Below, in pieces: positions 20,601-29,952 of a stretch of 64,000 nt of DNA. The stretch's first letter is position 1. Every line of letters begins with the position of its first letter. A program made the translations under genes and the position numbers. The stretch spans positions 64,001-128,000 of the forward strand of contig CBDHHL010000032.1 of NCBI GenBank assembly GCA_965263355.1. The letters are read 5' to 3'. This DNA comes from Leptolyngbyaceae cyanobacterium (GTDB lineage Bacteria > Cyanobacteriota > Cyanobacteriia > Phormidesmidales > Phormidesmidaceae). The notes under the pieces were generated by a model that was not told the origin of the DNA, made no database searches, and was given only the letters and a program-made list of their open reading frames with translations.

Positions 20601-23558
20601 GGACCTATCGGCGTTTTTAGTCGCTGCAATAGCTACCCCAACCGTGACAAAAGCAACTGCAGCGGCAGCGGCAATAGTTCCAGTTAATCCCCGCCGTGCC
20701 TGCCGATTCCTCGCCCGCAAATTCTCTCTTTCATCCTGTATCAGCCCCAACTCCTGACGAGCTTTCGCATTCGCCGCTTCCAGATCCGCCTTCTCACTTT
20801 CCAACAGCAACCGCTTCCGCTTCTCCTCCTCCAGCTCCGCCACCAGTTTCTCCAACTGCGGAGCCTGCGACGCCCGGATCACCCCCGCCAAATAATCATG
20901 CACCAACTGATACCGATCATCCGGCGTATCCGGCAGATACACCACAATGCCCGACCCAGTCAACACCCGTAACACCAGGTCCAGCCCCTGAACCTCTACC
21001 TCAGCCTCCAGACGTACCCCCAACGCCTCCAACTCCCGCACCAACTCCGGCCCCGTCTTTAACGGACGAGTCCCCCGCTCATCCGTCAACAAAAACAACA
21101 CCAGCGACGCCAGCCGTTGATTTTCCTCCCCACAATCCTCCACCACATCATCCAGGTAGCGCTGCACCAACGTCTCCTTTGGCTGTGCCCCCAACTGCCG
21201 ATACTCCCCCAGAGTCTGGATGCCATTTGTCTGCAGCTGCGCCCCCACCACCTGCATCTCGATGGGTCGCACCTCCCGCAACGGCCCCGCCAGATCCCTC
21301 ACCAGCGCATCCACCAGCTCCGGCTCCAAATACATCCGCGACCCCGACGCCAGATTTTCAATAATCGACTTCGTATCCTCCGGGCTAAAATTCCCAATCT
21401 CATAGAGAATCTGTTTCCCCAGAATATCCTCCAGCTGTGCCCGTGCCATCGACCCCGGCTCCAGCTGATTTTGCTTTACCAGCTGTCGCGCCTCTAGCAA
21501 ATAATGCAGATAATCCTCCCGAATCGAAAACACAATCTTTAACGCACCAGGCAGATCCAAACAACGCGCAACAAACTCAAAAAACACCCGCCGCCTCAAC
21601 GGATCAGGATTCGCAAAGAAAAACTCCTCAAACTGATCAAATAACAAAACCGGACGTAACGTTCTATCCTCACAAATTCGCAAAACATCAAGAATCTTGC
21701 TCTCCACCCGCATCTCAAAGTCCCCCAAACTTGGGGGATTTAGGGGGCCACCAACACTACTCACCTCCTCACCATCAGCCCCCCCATCCAAGTCTCCCCC
21801 CAGCAGCTTCAGACCCTCCAGCGCCTTCACCAACTCCTGCTGCCAATCCGTATACTTCCGCACCAATACCGGCACATTTTTCCGATTCTCCAGGGTCCGT
21901 CCCCTCAGCGCCGGCAACAGCCCCCCATTGATCAGCGAACTCTTCCCCACCCCCGATGTTCCATGGACCACCACCAGCTTATGGGTCTTCCCCGCAATCC
22001 GGTTTAAAAGTTCTGTCAGATCCCGCTTTCGCCCCGATGCCTCAATCTCTGGCGCAATCTCCTCCAACGTTTCCCGCTCAGACCGCACCGTCATTCGTTG
22101 TTCTATCCGTTGAGAGCGTAATCGTCCTGCCCCAATGAAGGCCCGTAGGCCGTACTGCTTCTCAATCGCTAACCGCTCTCGCTTAATCTTAAACGCCCTT
22201 AAATAATCTCCCTGCTCCCGCAAACATTGTTGTAACCCTAACAATATGCCACTATATAACGTTGGGTGCTCCATCACCCCCAGGGCCTGGGCTGCTTGTA
22301 AATGGGCGATGGCCGTTGCCCGCTCCCCCAGTCGATGCTTAGCTTCTGCCAACATTTTTAGATACAGCAGCCGCCACCAGCTATCTTGCTTTTTGAGCGT
22401 ATCTAAGGCTGTTTGGGCTAGCTCAGCGCCCCGTTGCCACTGCTGTCGATGCAAGGCCACATCGGCTAAAAAGCCATAGTCCTGGGCTTGTTTACTCGTG
22501 CCTGAATACCGCTGATGCAGCGCTAACGCTTGCTGCGCGGTGGCTTCTAGCTCGTCCCATCGCTCTAACCGATGCAGTACTCGCTCCAGCTGATTAATGC
22601 ATTTTGCCATCAGGTCGGGGCGCTCAGCCTGTTCAAACACAGCTAAAGAGTCCTGCAACGGTGGTACCACCCCTTCCCAGTCTGCACTGCGATACTTTGT
22701 ACTATCCACCACATAGTACCGAGCCCGCCCTAAATAAAACAGCGATAGCCCATATCGCAGCTGTTTATCGGCCTGGGTACGCCAGTAGTTAGCACTCTGC
22801 TGAAATAACTCAATCGCCACCTGGTTGGGCACATCCAGACCCCGCGCAAAGGCCACACTCGCCTGCAAATCTGGCTCTAGCGCGATGCCTTGTGCCTGTA
22901 AAGCTGTCAGGGCTAATGACAACTCATGGGGTTGCAAATAGCCAAAGGCATTGAGCTGTCTTAACTGTTTATTAAATGAAGCGGGGATATCGGGGGCTAA
23001 CAGCGTTTCAAACAAATGATCGCTGGCCAGCTGTAGCCCATGGGTCAGGGCCTCGATGGACAGGGTAAATTCAATGGTTTCACCCCCGGCAATACTTTCA
23101 AAATCGTTGGCATGCTTTGACAGCAGCCGATATCCCTGATCCGTAAACCACAATACCAACGGAAATGGAAACTCCCGCCGAAATTCTTCCCGTCGTTTAT
23201 TTAGCTCTACTAAAAAGACTTCTAAGGAGCCCAGTCGCTCCATGCCTAGCACCAGCACTGCCCCCGGCGGGCTATCCCCTCGCTGCATCATCTGCAGCTG
23301 CGCATACAGGTTGTAGTCATCTGTGCCTAATTGCAACACTTGCACCGGCCCCTGCAGGTCTTCCCCAGCCAGCCGTTGCCCCAGCTGCTCTACCATCTGG
23401 TCCCGCAGACGACCATAGTTGCACCGTGCTAACAGCAACGTAATCGTATCTGCCCCCTGGCCAAAGGCAATGGCACTGGTTAATTCCTCCAGCGCCGCCT
23501 GATTCTGCGCTGAATTCCCAGCAAATTCAAAATTGTCGGTAGGGGGCACAGTATTCAT
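17630..23558 (-). CDS. NLR-like STAND NTPase with TPR, TM and WD40 propellers plus an inserted PPC domain; frameshifted in this sequence (pseudogene or assembly errors)
   Basis: ORF 19983..23558 has an N-terminal domain lacking a Walker A, TPR-like helices, Walker A HGTSGVGKSS, Walker B LLFDQFEE, YQLVHDYL, a coiled coil and a TM. WD40 units continue through ORFs 19492..19992, 18093..19379 and 17630..18292 and end in ELLASACEHLRPFL...ALCG. Confidence 0.85.
17859..18577 (-). repeat. Six near-identical ~123-bp WD40-coding tandem repeats
   Basis: Plus-strand unit starts at 17859, 17982, 18105, 18229, 18346, 18469; each encodes GHQGSV(L/W)QVTFSPDGQQIATSG(E/A)DGTARLWDLNGNQIQQFD. Confidence 0.95.
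19042..20015 (-). repeat. Eight near-identical ~123-bp WD40-coding tandem repeats
   Basis: Plus-strand unit starts at 19042, 19165, 19288, 19410, 19532, 19655, 19778, 19901. Confidence 0.95.
21716..21749. repeat. Small G/C-run palindromic repeat embedded in frame in the STAND gene
   Basis: tcaaagtcccccaaacttgggggatttagggggcc with arms tcccccaa/ttggggga; encodes GPLNPPSLGDFE. Confidence 0.6.
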
Positions 23559-23659
23559 CAGATCATGCCTCCTGGGTGGGGCTCCTGGGTGGGTCTAACG
23601 TGCCTATAAAATAGCGAATCTTGGTTAATTGCAACAGGGGGGATGGATTATATATACCG

Positions 23660-23731
23660 GTGGGGGCGGTGGGTTGTGCTTTGTTGGGAGATACCTTCGT
23701 ATAAATGGTTTGTAAGCACAACCTACCCTAC
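23660..23731. repeat. GTAG-type REP-like element between the ATPase and STAND genes
   Basis: gggttgtgctt ... aagcacaacctaccctac; the minus strand begins GTAGGGTAGG. Confidence 0.55.
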
Positions 23732-23738
23732 GTCGCAA

Positions 23739-25151
23739 TTATCCCATTATCCCGCTATCGTCCTTTAATTCCTCGGCTTCTAGCAAAATTGGGTTTACGT
23801 CAAACCAGGATTCTCCCTGGTTGCGATATTCAAATACCAGACGACTGTGGATTAATCGCTGATAGTCGTCGTCGCCACCGACTTTTTTTTGCTGCTGTCT
23901 TACTTGCCGTAATAACGCCCATTCATCTGTCGATAGCTGCAGGGTCATCTCATTGCGTCGGGCGCGAATCACTTCTTCTAATTTCGCTTGCTTGAGGGGA
24001 AAATTACGTCCCTTGCGCACCCAGCCGTTGAGCAACCGCAACAGGTCTCGCACATGACCACCACTGGCCATACAAAGACGATCCAAAGATTCTGGCTGCT
24101 CGAACAATGTCATTAGTTGCTCTAACCGTTCGGTTTCTGACTGGGCTGGCATGGCTCGCGCTAGCACTAGCTGCCTGAGCAGCCGCATGCCTTCTTCACA
24201 CAGCTGGCCATTGCGCAACTTTACTGGCACCATGGGCAGCACCTTCGGGTCATCTGTGTACCGTGCCGTCAGCAGCCCATATTCACTGGAAAACTTCAGC
24301 GCCAGGGGAATGGTATACACCTTATGGCAGTGCAGCTTTTGCAAACATTCGTGCTGATCAATAAATAGGTATTCCTGCTGGGACCGGCCAAAGGCTTTGG
24401 GGCGATTGTCAATCCGGTCTAGATTGTCCACAATCACCACCAGCCCTTTTTTGCCCTGTTGCTTAAGCTGTTCGATGGCAGGCTTGAGCAACTCTTCGTT
24501 AATGGCCTCCACCAGCTGATTTTTTTGGGGACCTAAAAACTGATTTAATCGGTCCCGTAGGGTGGCGTCATTCTTCGCTCGGGCGGTGATTTTACCAATC
24601 CCTGCTGCCAGGGAAAATTCGCCGTTGGTATTGGCACTGGCGCTTAGGTCTGATATGCCCGGTGTCTTGATTGGCAACGGCACCGATGCTTCAGCCTCTA
24701 GCTCAATCTCGGTCATCAAGACCTTGGCGGCCTTTTGTAATAACCCCCGCAGGCCCTTCGCATCACCAATGTCGATGCCTTCTAGACTTTGGCTAATGCG
24801 TCGGGCAATGGCCAGCAACACATCGCCAATGTCCACATCGGCCATCTCCAGGTCTTCTGTGGATTCAAAATAAACGACGTGGAACCCCTCTACTTCTAGT
24901 TCTGCCCGCAGTTTTAGCAATTCCGTTGATTTACCACAGCCGATATGGCCGGTAAACAGAGTACAGGTAGGATTCTCGGGTTCGTAAAAGGTGATCAGGT
25001 CTTTGATTTCGGTAATAATCTGCTCCCCACGCACCTCGGAAAAGTCGATATACAGCTGCCGGTCGTCCTCGTTTTGCGGATCAAGGGTGCGGGCAGGGTT
25101 GGTGGCTTGAAAAAACTGACGAACATCTAGCACGGGCTTACCAGGGGGCAT
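23739..25151 (-). CDS. P-loop ATP-binding protein (AAA+/STAND/KAP-like), partner of the downstream NLR-like gene
   Basis: Walker A GHIGCGKST, Walker B VIVDNLDR, SGGHVRDLLRL, C-terminal WFDVNP. Co-oriented and 180 bp upstream of the STAND gene. Confidence 0.88.
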   Translation of the reverse strand: MPPGKPVLDVRQFFQATNPARTLDPQNEDDRQLYIDFSEVRGEQIITEIKDLITFYEPENPTCTLFTGHIGCGKSTELLKLRAELEVEGFHVVYFESTEDLEMADVDIGDVLLAIARRISQSLEGIDIGDAKGLRGLLQKAAKVLMTEIELEAEASVPLPIKTPGISDLSASANTNGEFSLAAGIGKITARAKNDATLRDRLNQFLGPQKNQLVEAINEELLKPAIEQLKQQGKKGLVVIVDNLDRIDNRPKAFGRSQQEYLFIDQHECLQKLHCHKVYTIPLALKFSSEYGLLTARYTDDPKVLPMVPVKLRNGQLCEEGMRLLRQLVLARAMPAQSETERLEQLMTLFEQPESLDRLCMASGGHVRDLLRLLNGWVRKGRNFPLKQAKLEEVIRARRNEMTLQLSTDEWALLRQVRQQQKKVGGDDDYQRLIHSRLVFEYRNQGESWFDVNPILLEAEELKDDSGIMG

Positions 25152-25290
25152 GGCGACGGTAATCGAGGTCTATGTCCCTATAGCTTCAGGTATCGCACAT
25201 TTTTCTCCCAGGGGATGCCCTGACATCGTAATAGTGCTTAACAAAGAAACCTTGATGACTCAATGCGGGATGATCTCCCAGGGGGTTAGA

Positions 25291-25346
25291 GTTCGGAATT
25301 CGGAATTTGGAATTCGGAAGGGAAGCGCATTCTGAACTCCGAATTA
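25291..25346. repeat. STRR-like heptamer tandem repeat with inverted arm
   Basis: (c/t)ggaatt repeated 3-4 times, followed by ttctgaactccgaatt. Confidence 0.6.
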
Positions 25347-25374
25347 AGTTCTTTCAACGATTGAATTCACCGAC

Positions 25375-26115
25375 TCAGGTAAAATCTACTCGTATAGTCA
25401 GGTTGGCCTTGACCCGACGACCGCCATCAACAATAAATAGAATTTCGGCAAATCCTCCAGGGCCGGGTTCTTTAACTGTATATAGACGAGTTACGGACCC
25501 AAATCGGGTTTCATAGGTAGTGACGCTACTCGGCCCCAAATATTGTCCCGTATTGGGATCCACATCCCCTTCCCAGGTGCCCCAGTCCTCAAATCGATTA
25601 CGGGTAGGGACCAGGGCACCATCTAGCTCCAGGGCATCTAAATGTTCATCACCGCCTAATACTGTCATGCCCCGATCTACGCCCGCTGTCGTTGAGCCGG
25701 TAAATGTAATGGGGCTAACAAAGTTGTTTGCAATTTGAATTGTTCCAAACCCTGGATTAGGTCCCAGGCGCTCATTACGTTGTCTACCCCAGAGAGGATT
25801 GTCCACATTGCCTAAACGTTTGGCAAACGGGGTGGCGTTGTCTATATAATTGCGGTTTGTAAACTCCTGTTGAACCGATTGCACGACGTCCGCAATGACC
25901 GGATCCGTTTCAGGCGGTAGGTTTTCCGATTCTCCTCGGGCGATATTAACCTGACGAAAGGTTCTAAAGACAGCATCGGCCCGACCATCTTGACTCAGAC
26001 GATAGTCCAGAGAGTAGGCATTAGCGGGTTTAGGAAAGAAGAAACTAGAGGTTCCAACAAAGGAAAGTCCTCCCAGGGTACTTGTCTGAATAAACCGACG
26101 TCGGTTTAAGCTCAT
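25375..26115 (-). CDS. Twin-arginine (Tat) signal-containing hypothetical protein
   Basis: N-terminus MSLNRRRFIQTSTLGGLSFVG...PKPANA; no catalytic motif recognised. Confidence 0.8.
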   Translation of the reverse strand: MSLNRRRFIQTSTLGGLSFVGTSSFFFPKPANAYSLDYRLSQDGRADAVFRTFRQVNIARGESENLPPETDPVIADVVQSVQQEFTNRNYIDNATPFAKRLGNVDNPLWGRQRNERLGPNPGFGTIQIANNFVSPITFTGSTTAGVDRGMTVLGGDEHLDALELDGALVPTRNRFEDWGTWEGDVDPNTGQYLGPSSVTTYETRFGSVTRLYTVKEPGPGGFAEILFIVDGGRRVKANLTIRVDFT

Positions 26116-26230
26116 AGAATTGGATATTGATACTCAGGTCTACGAATGAGAAAAAAGAGAGCACACACCTGACTTGAAGAGTCTATCTCAAGTTTGAATT
26201 ACCCAATCCCGATTCGAAATGAATAATTCT

Positions 26231-26258
26231 GTAGGGGCTGTAGCTTATGTCAGCCCTA
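26231..26258. repeat. Degenerate GTAG-type REP-like hairpin
   Basis: gtaggggctg...cagcccta. Confidence 0.45.
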
Positions 26259-26291
26259 AGGATATCAGGGGATATCAGTTAGGATTTCGGA

Positions 26292-27086
26292 TTAGAGAAG
26301 ATCTAAAATCCTCTCGATTGTATTCTCGAATTTTTCAATGTCGTCTAATACAGTGCCTGCATCCTCAACTACATCACCAGAATCGTTAGGACGTGTATGC
26401 CCCTCAGACCGTTCAGAATCTGTAGCCGTTGGATTATTTGTAGGCTCCTCACTTGTGCTTACGGTATCTCCCCTTAAGACTGCACCACTAGTACTGGGAC
26501 TGCTGTGCGTACTACTACCTCCGCCAGTATGGAGTTTGGCCTCTAAAAAATGAAGATTACAGTTGCTACTCTTCCCGCCGGGACCTGAGCGATGACAAAT
26601 TAGTTCGACTGAAAAATCTTCGCCATTGCCCAGTATCAAGGTTGTGTTGATTAAGCTCCCTGGAACAATGTTGTCATAGGAATGAATTATATTACCGCTT
26701 TGGTAAACATTAACGGTGGCTAAGGAATCTCTAGCTGCATCCTCATCAGGTACTCCCATCTGTAAAACTAACAATGGAAAGGTACTAGAGTCTGCCAAAC
26801 AAGTAAGCGCAGCTTCATAGGTAGCCCGAATCGGCATAAAAAACTGTGATTCATAGGGGCGTCTATTTACTGCAACTAGCGATGACCCGGTACTTAAACG
26901 ATCGTATGTTGAGCGCGATGTGTTGTACGTACATTGGGCACCATCTAGCAACGGCATTTCTTGTTCAGGTCCCACACGACCTCTGGCGTTGGGGTCCGAC
27001 TGACCGAAAGCGGGGGTAAGGGAGCAAAGCCACACGAGTGGCAAAATCAACGCGACAGCGTTTGCGTTTGAGTACAGATAAGACAT
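26292..27086 (-). CDS. Secreted hypothetical protein (possible beta-sandwich domain and disordered S/T-rich tail)
   Basis: Signal peptide ending PAFG-Q; four Cys in the mature part; low-complexity C-terminus. The start is uncertain (27086 or 27113). Confidence 0.7.
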   Translation of the reverse strand: MSYLYSNANAVALILPLVWLCSLTPAFGQSDPNARGRVGPEQEMPLLDGAQCTYNTSRSTYDRLSTGSSLVAVNRRPYESQFFMPIRATYEAALTCLADSSTFPLLVLQMGVPDEDAARDSLATVNVYQSGNIIHSYDNIVPGSLINTTLILGNGEDFSVELICHRSGPGGKSSNCNLHFLEAKLHTGGGSSTHSSPSTSGAVLRGDTVSTSEEPTNNPTATDSERSEGHTRPNDSGDVVEDAGTVLDDIEKFENTIERILDLL

Positions 27087-27255
27087 GGCTATTAGTTGCT
27101 CAGGAATGCCCACGGTTAACGTCTTGATTATCTAAGGTCTTATCACCAAAAGGCATTGATTGATGACTAACAAGAGGACCGATGTGTAAAAGTTCACCCT
27201 GCCCTGTTAACCGTTAAATATTGGTTAAAGATGCAGCGAAGACTATTAAATCAAG

Positions 27256-29943
27256 CTATAGCCAATTACCGATCAGCACAAACGGTGCCCAAAAGTAGGG
27301 ATGTTTTTGATATTGGTCATTTTCTATCAGCGCGACCTGGGCTTTTTGTAAAATCTCAGCTTTTGTCAGCGTACTATCAGCCAGTTGTTGGTAGAAATTG
27401 GTCATTAGGTCAGAGGTGCCCTGATCATCTACTTTCCACAGGGTGGCTAGGGTACTGCGAGCCCCCGAACGTACTGCAATCCCTGCTAACCCCAGGGCTG
27501 CTTGCTGGTCATCCCCTGAGGCTGTTTCACAGGCGCTAAGTACAAGTAATTCTAAGGCGGCATCGCGACTAATTTCACCTGCCTGTAGCATGGAACTGAG
27601 CTGATTAGCGTTAATCCTACCGTCAAAGGCCTGGATAAATGTTTTGTCTAAGTCGGAGCTAAACTCTCCATGGGTCGCTAAGTGAACAACCGGAAACGGT
27701 AAAGACGTTAGCTTATCTTGGAAAATGTCAATCTTAAACGCTTCATTTTCTAAAACCTCACTTGGGACCTGTGCCTCAATGGCATCAACTTCTACTTCTA
27801 CAGCTGGTAATTCGGGTAGCCCGCCTACTGACTCTGATAATCCGGCAACCAGTGCCTTTATTTGGCCTCTAGCTAGGGGTTGTGGGTCAATGAGTTCTAA
27901 CCCTGGGGTGAGTGCGATCGCATATTGCTCAATCAAATACTGCGATTGTTCCCGGTCGTAGAGGACTGACATCGGCACATTTCGTAAGGCCCCATCGAGG
28001 ACAAAGGCCAACACTTTTGTATCACCAATCGCTGGATCTTCGGTAATCGGGCGAATTAGCCAATCATAAAGCTGAGCAGCGGGGGCAATAAAATTAGCAT
28101 TTAAGTCAAGGGATGTATCGTCGGGTACTACCGCAACTGTGGCACGAGCAGCAGACCTGGCAGACGATACCCATTCGTCAATCTTATCAGTGGCCTCATT
28201 GAAGGGACGCAAAGAAATGATTCGTTGCAGCCGCTCAAGCTGAGCTTCAAAATCATCTTTGTCTACGTCAACTGTGTAATGCTTAAACGAGTTTTCACGA
28301 GATTCACTTGGAAAACCAACAATTACCTCGATACTGTTGTCCAGAATAATCGGATAAACAATGGCGGCATCGGCATCGATTTTATCAATGTCAGTGGTAC
28401 TCGTAACCACACAATCAGCCCGAAAGAAGTTAACCAGTTCTGCTACCTGCAAGTCTTCAATAACATTTCTGGCCTTAAATAAGTTTTCAGACGATTTTCC
28501 TGCAATACCACTCTCTGATTTCAATAAAAGACCCACCAATTCGCGATAGATAGGCTCGACCTCCCCACGGAATGAGAATTGTAGGTCCGTATTGGTGGAA
28601 ACCAGATCCCGTCTTAATTTTTCTAAGGTGCTCAGAGCTTGTTCGTAAGCATTGATCGCCTCATCTATGTTTCCTTGAGCGGCTAAAATCCGACCTAACT
28701 GCCACTGCCATTGATAAAGTGCAATGGCCGAATTGCTAGTCTCTGCAAGAATCCGTGCTTTTTGAGTGGCTTCTGCCGCTGCGTCCCATTGCTGGTTGAT
28801 TTCATACAAATGGCCCCAGTAGCCCCAAGCATAGGACTGACTCTGGCTATCTCCCTCGGCCTGTTGCAGGGTATCGGCCAAGTATTCTGCCAGCGCTTTG
28901 GCGGACCAGACTGATTTTGCTTCAATCAAATGGTTGGCCAGGTTCAGGCGAATCAGATTAGCCGTACGACCTGACCCCAGTTGGGGCAGTTGACCCTGTA
29001 TCTCTTTGAGCAGGTCTGGGTCTAGCGTAGCTTGACTAAGCTGTACCCCTAGCAAATTAACCTGTGCCTGTAGACGAAGCGACAGGGTGGGTGCAATGTC
29101 TGCGGCTTGTTGATAATAGGCGTTGATGCGACCATATGGAGACCCCTGCAATAGGCTATCGCCAGATTCAGCCAACAAATTCCCCAGGCTCAACAGGGTA
29201 CTACTTAATTCTGTTGTGTTACCACTGGCTTCGGCGAGTTGTCGACTCGCGTCCAAACTCTTTAGGGCATCGTCTATTTTACCATTTAACCGTTGGGTAT
29301 TTGCCAAGCGTCTTAGCCCCGCTGCTTTGATGGCCGGGTCTGACACGGTGTCTAGGGTCTCAGCAATGGTCTCAAGCTGTTGTGAGGCTTCCCGATAACG
29401 GCCCTGTACCTGAAGAATTTGGGCACGGTTGAGCTGTGTCCGCAATAGCCCGGTGGTATCGTCTAAATCTTGATAAATGTTTGCTGTTTGGTCTAACTGG
29501 GTCAGGGCATCGTTGAGTTGTCCCTGGGCCATACTGAGCTGGGCGTCGGCGTTAATTACCTGGGCGAATACTCGCTGACCATAGGAACTGTTGGGACTGT
29601 TGTTTAATTGATTGCGGGCAGTTGCGATCGCATCCTCAACTTCTTCGTAGTTACCCAAACGCAGGTGGGCCAGACCCATATTGCTGAGAATACTGGCTTG
29701 GTTGATGGTATCGCCTTGGGTTTCATAGCGTTGGGCGGCTTGTTGCCAGGTTGCGATCGCAGCGACATATTGCCCCGCTGCATACTGCTCCCGCCCCTGC
29801 TGTACCAACTGAGCAGGTGTTACCTGGGCTAATCGCTGTTCAACCCTGACTGCCTGGGGGAGTTGTGCCAGACTTGGCAGTCCTTGACCACAAAGACAGG
29901 CTGTTAAGCCAGCAATAATTAGAAACCGGAGCCATTTAACCAT
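27256..29943 (-). CDS. TPR and CHAT (caspase/HetF-like peptidase) domain protein with signal peptide
   Basis: Signal peptide, many TPR helices, catalytic-type motifs VHLATHG and LVLSACETA, TLWKVDD, HPYFWAPFVLIGNWL. Confidence 0.95.
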   Translation of the reverse strand: MVKWLRFLIIAGLTACLCGQGLPSLAQLPQAVRVEQRLAQVTPAQLVQQGREQYAAGQYVAAIATWQQAAQRYETQGDTINQASILSNMGLAHLRLGNYEEVEDAIATARNQLNNSPNSSYGQRVFAQVINADAQLSMAQGQLNDALTQLDQTANIYQDLDDTTGLLRTQLNRAQILQVQGRYREASQQLETIAETLDTVSDPAIKAAGLRRLANTQRLNGKIDDALKSLDASRQLAEASGNTTELSSTLLSLGNLLAESGDSLLQGSPYGRINAYYQQAADIAPTLSLRLQAQVNLLGVQLSQATLDPDLLKEIQGQLPQLGSGRTANLIRLNLANHLIEAKSVWSAKALAEYLADTLQQAEGDSQSQSYAWGYWGHLYEINQQWDAAAEATQKARILAETSNSAIALYQWQWQLGRILAAQGNIDEAINAYEQALSTLEKLRRDLVSTNTDLQFSFRGEVEPIYRELVGLLLKSESGIAGKSSENLFKARNVIEDLQVAELVNFFRADCVVTSTTDIDKIDADAAIVYPIILDNSIEVIVGFPSESRENSFKHYTVDVDKDDFEAQLERLQRIISLRPFNEATDKIDEWVSSARSAARATVAVVPDDTSLDLNANFIAPAAQLYDWLIRPITEDPAIGDTKVLAFVLDGALRNVPMSVLYDREQSQYLIEQYAIALTPGLELIDPQPLARGQIKALVAGLSESVGGLPELPAVEVEVDAIEAQVPSEVLENEAFKIDIFQDKLTSLPFPVVHLATHGEFSSDLDKTFIQAFDGRINANQLSSMLQAGEISRDAALELLVLSACETASGDDQQAALGLAGIAVRSGARSTLATLWKVDDQGTSDLMTNFYQQLADSTLTKAEILQKAQVALIENDQYQKHPYFWAPFVLIGNWL

Positions 29944-29952
29944 TTTACCGAC

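Noticed and set aside
20107..23443. Pro-rich plus-strand ORFs such as 20696..21364 and 21437..21931
   Set aside because: They are antisense to the STAND gene and arise from the C-rich plus strand.
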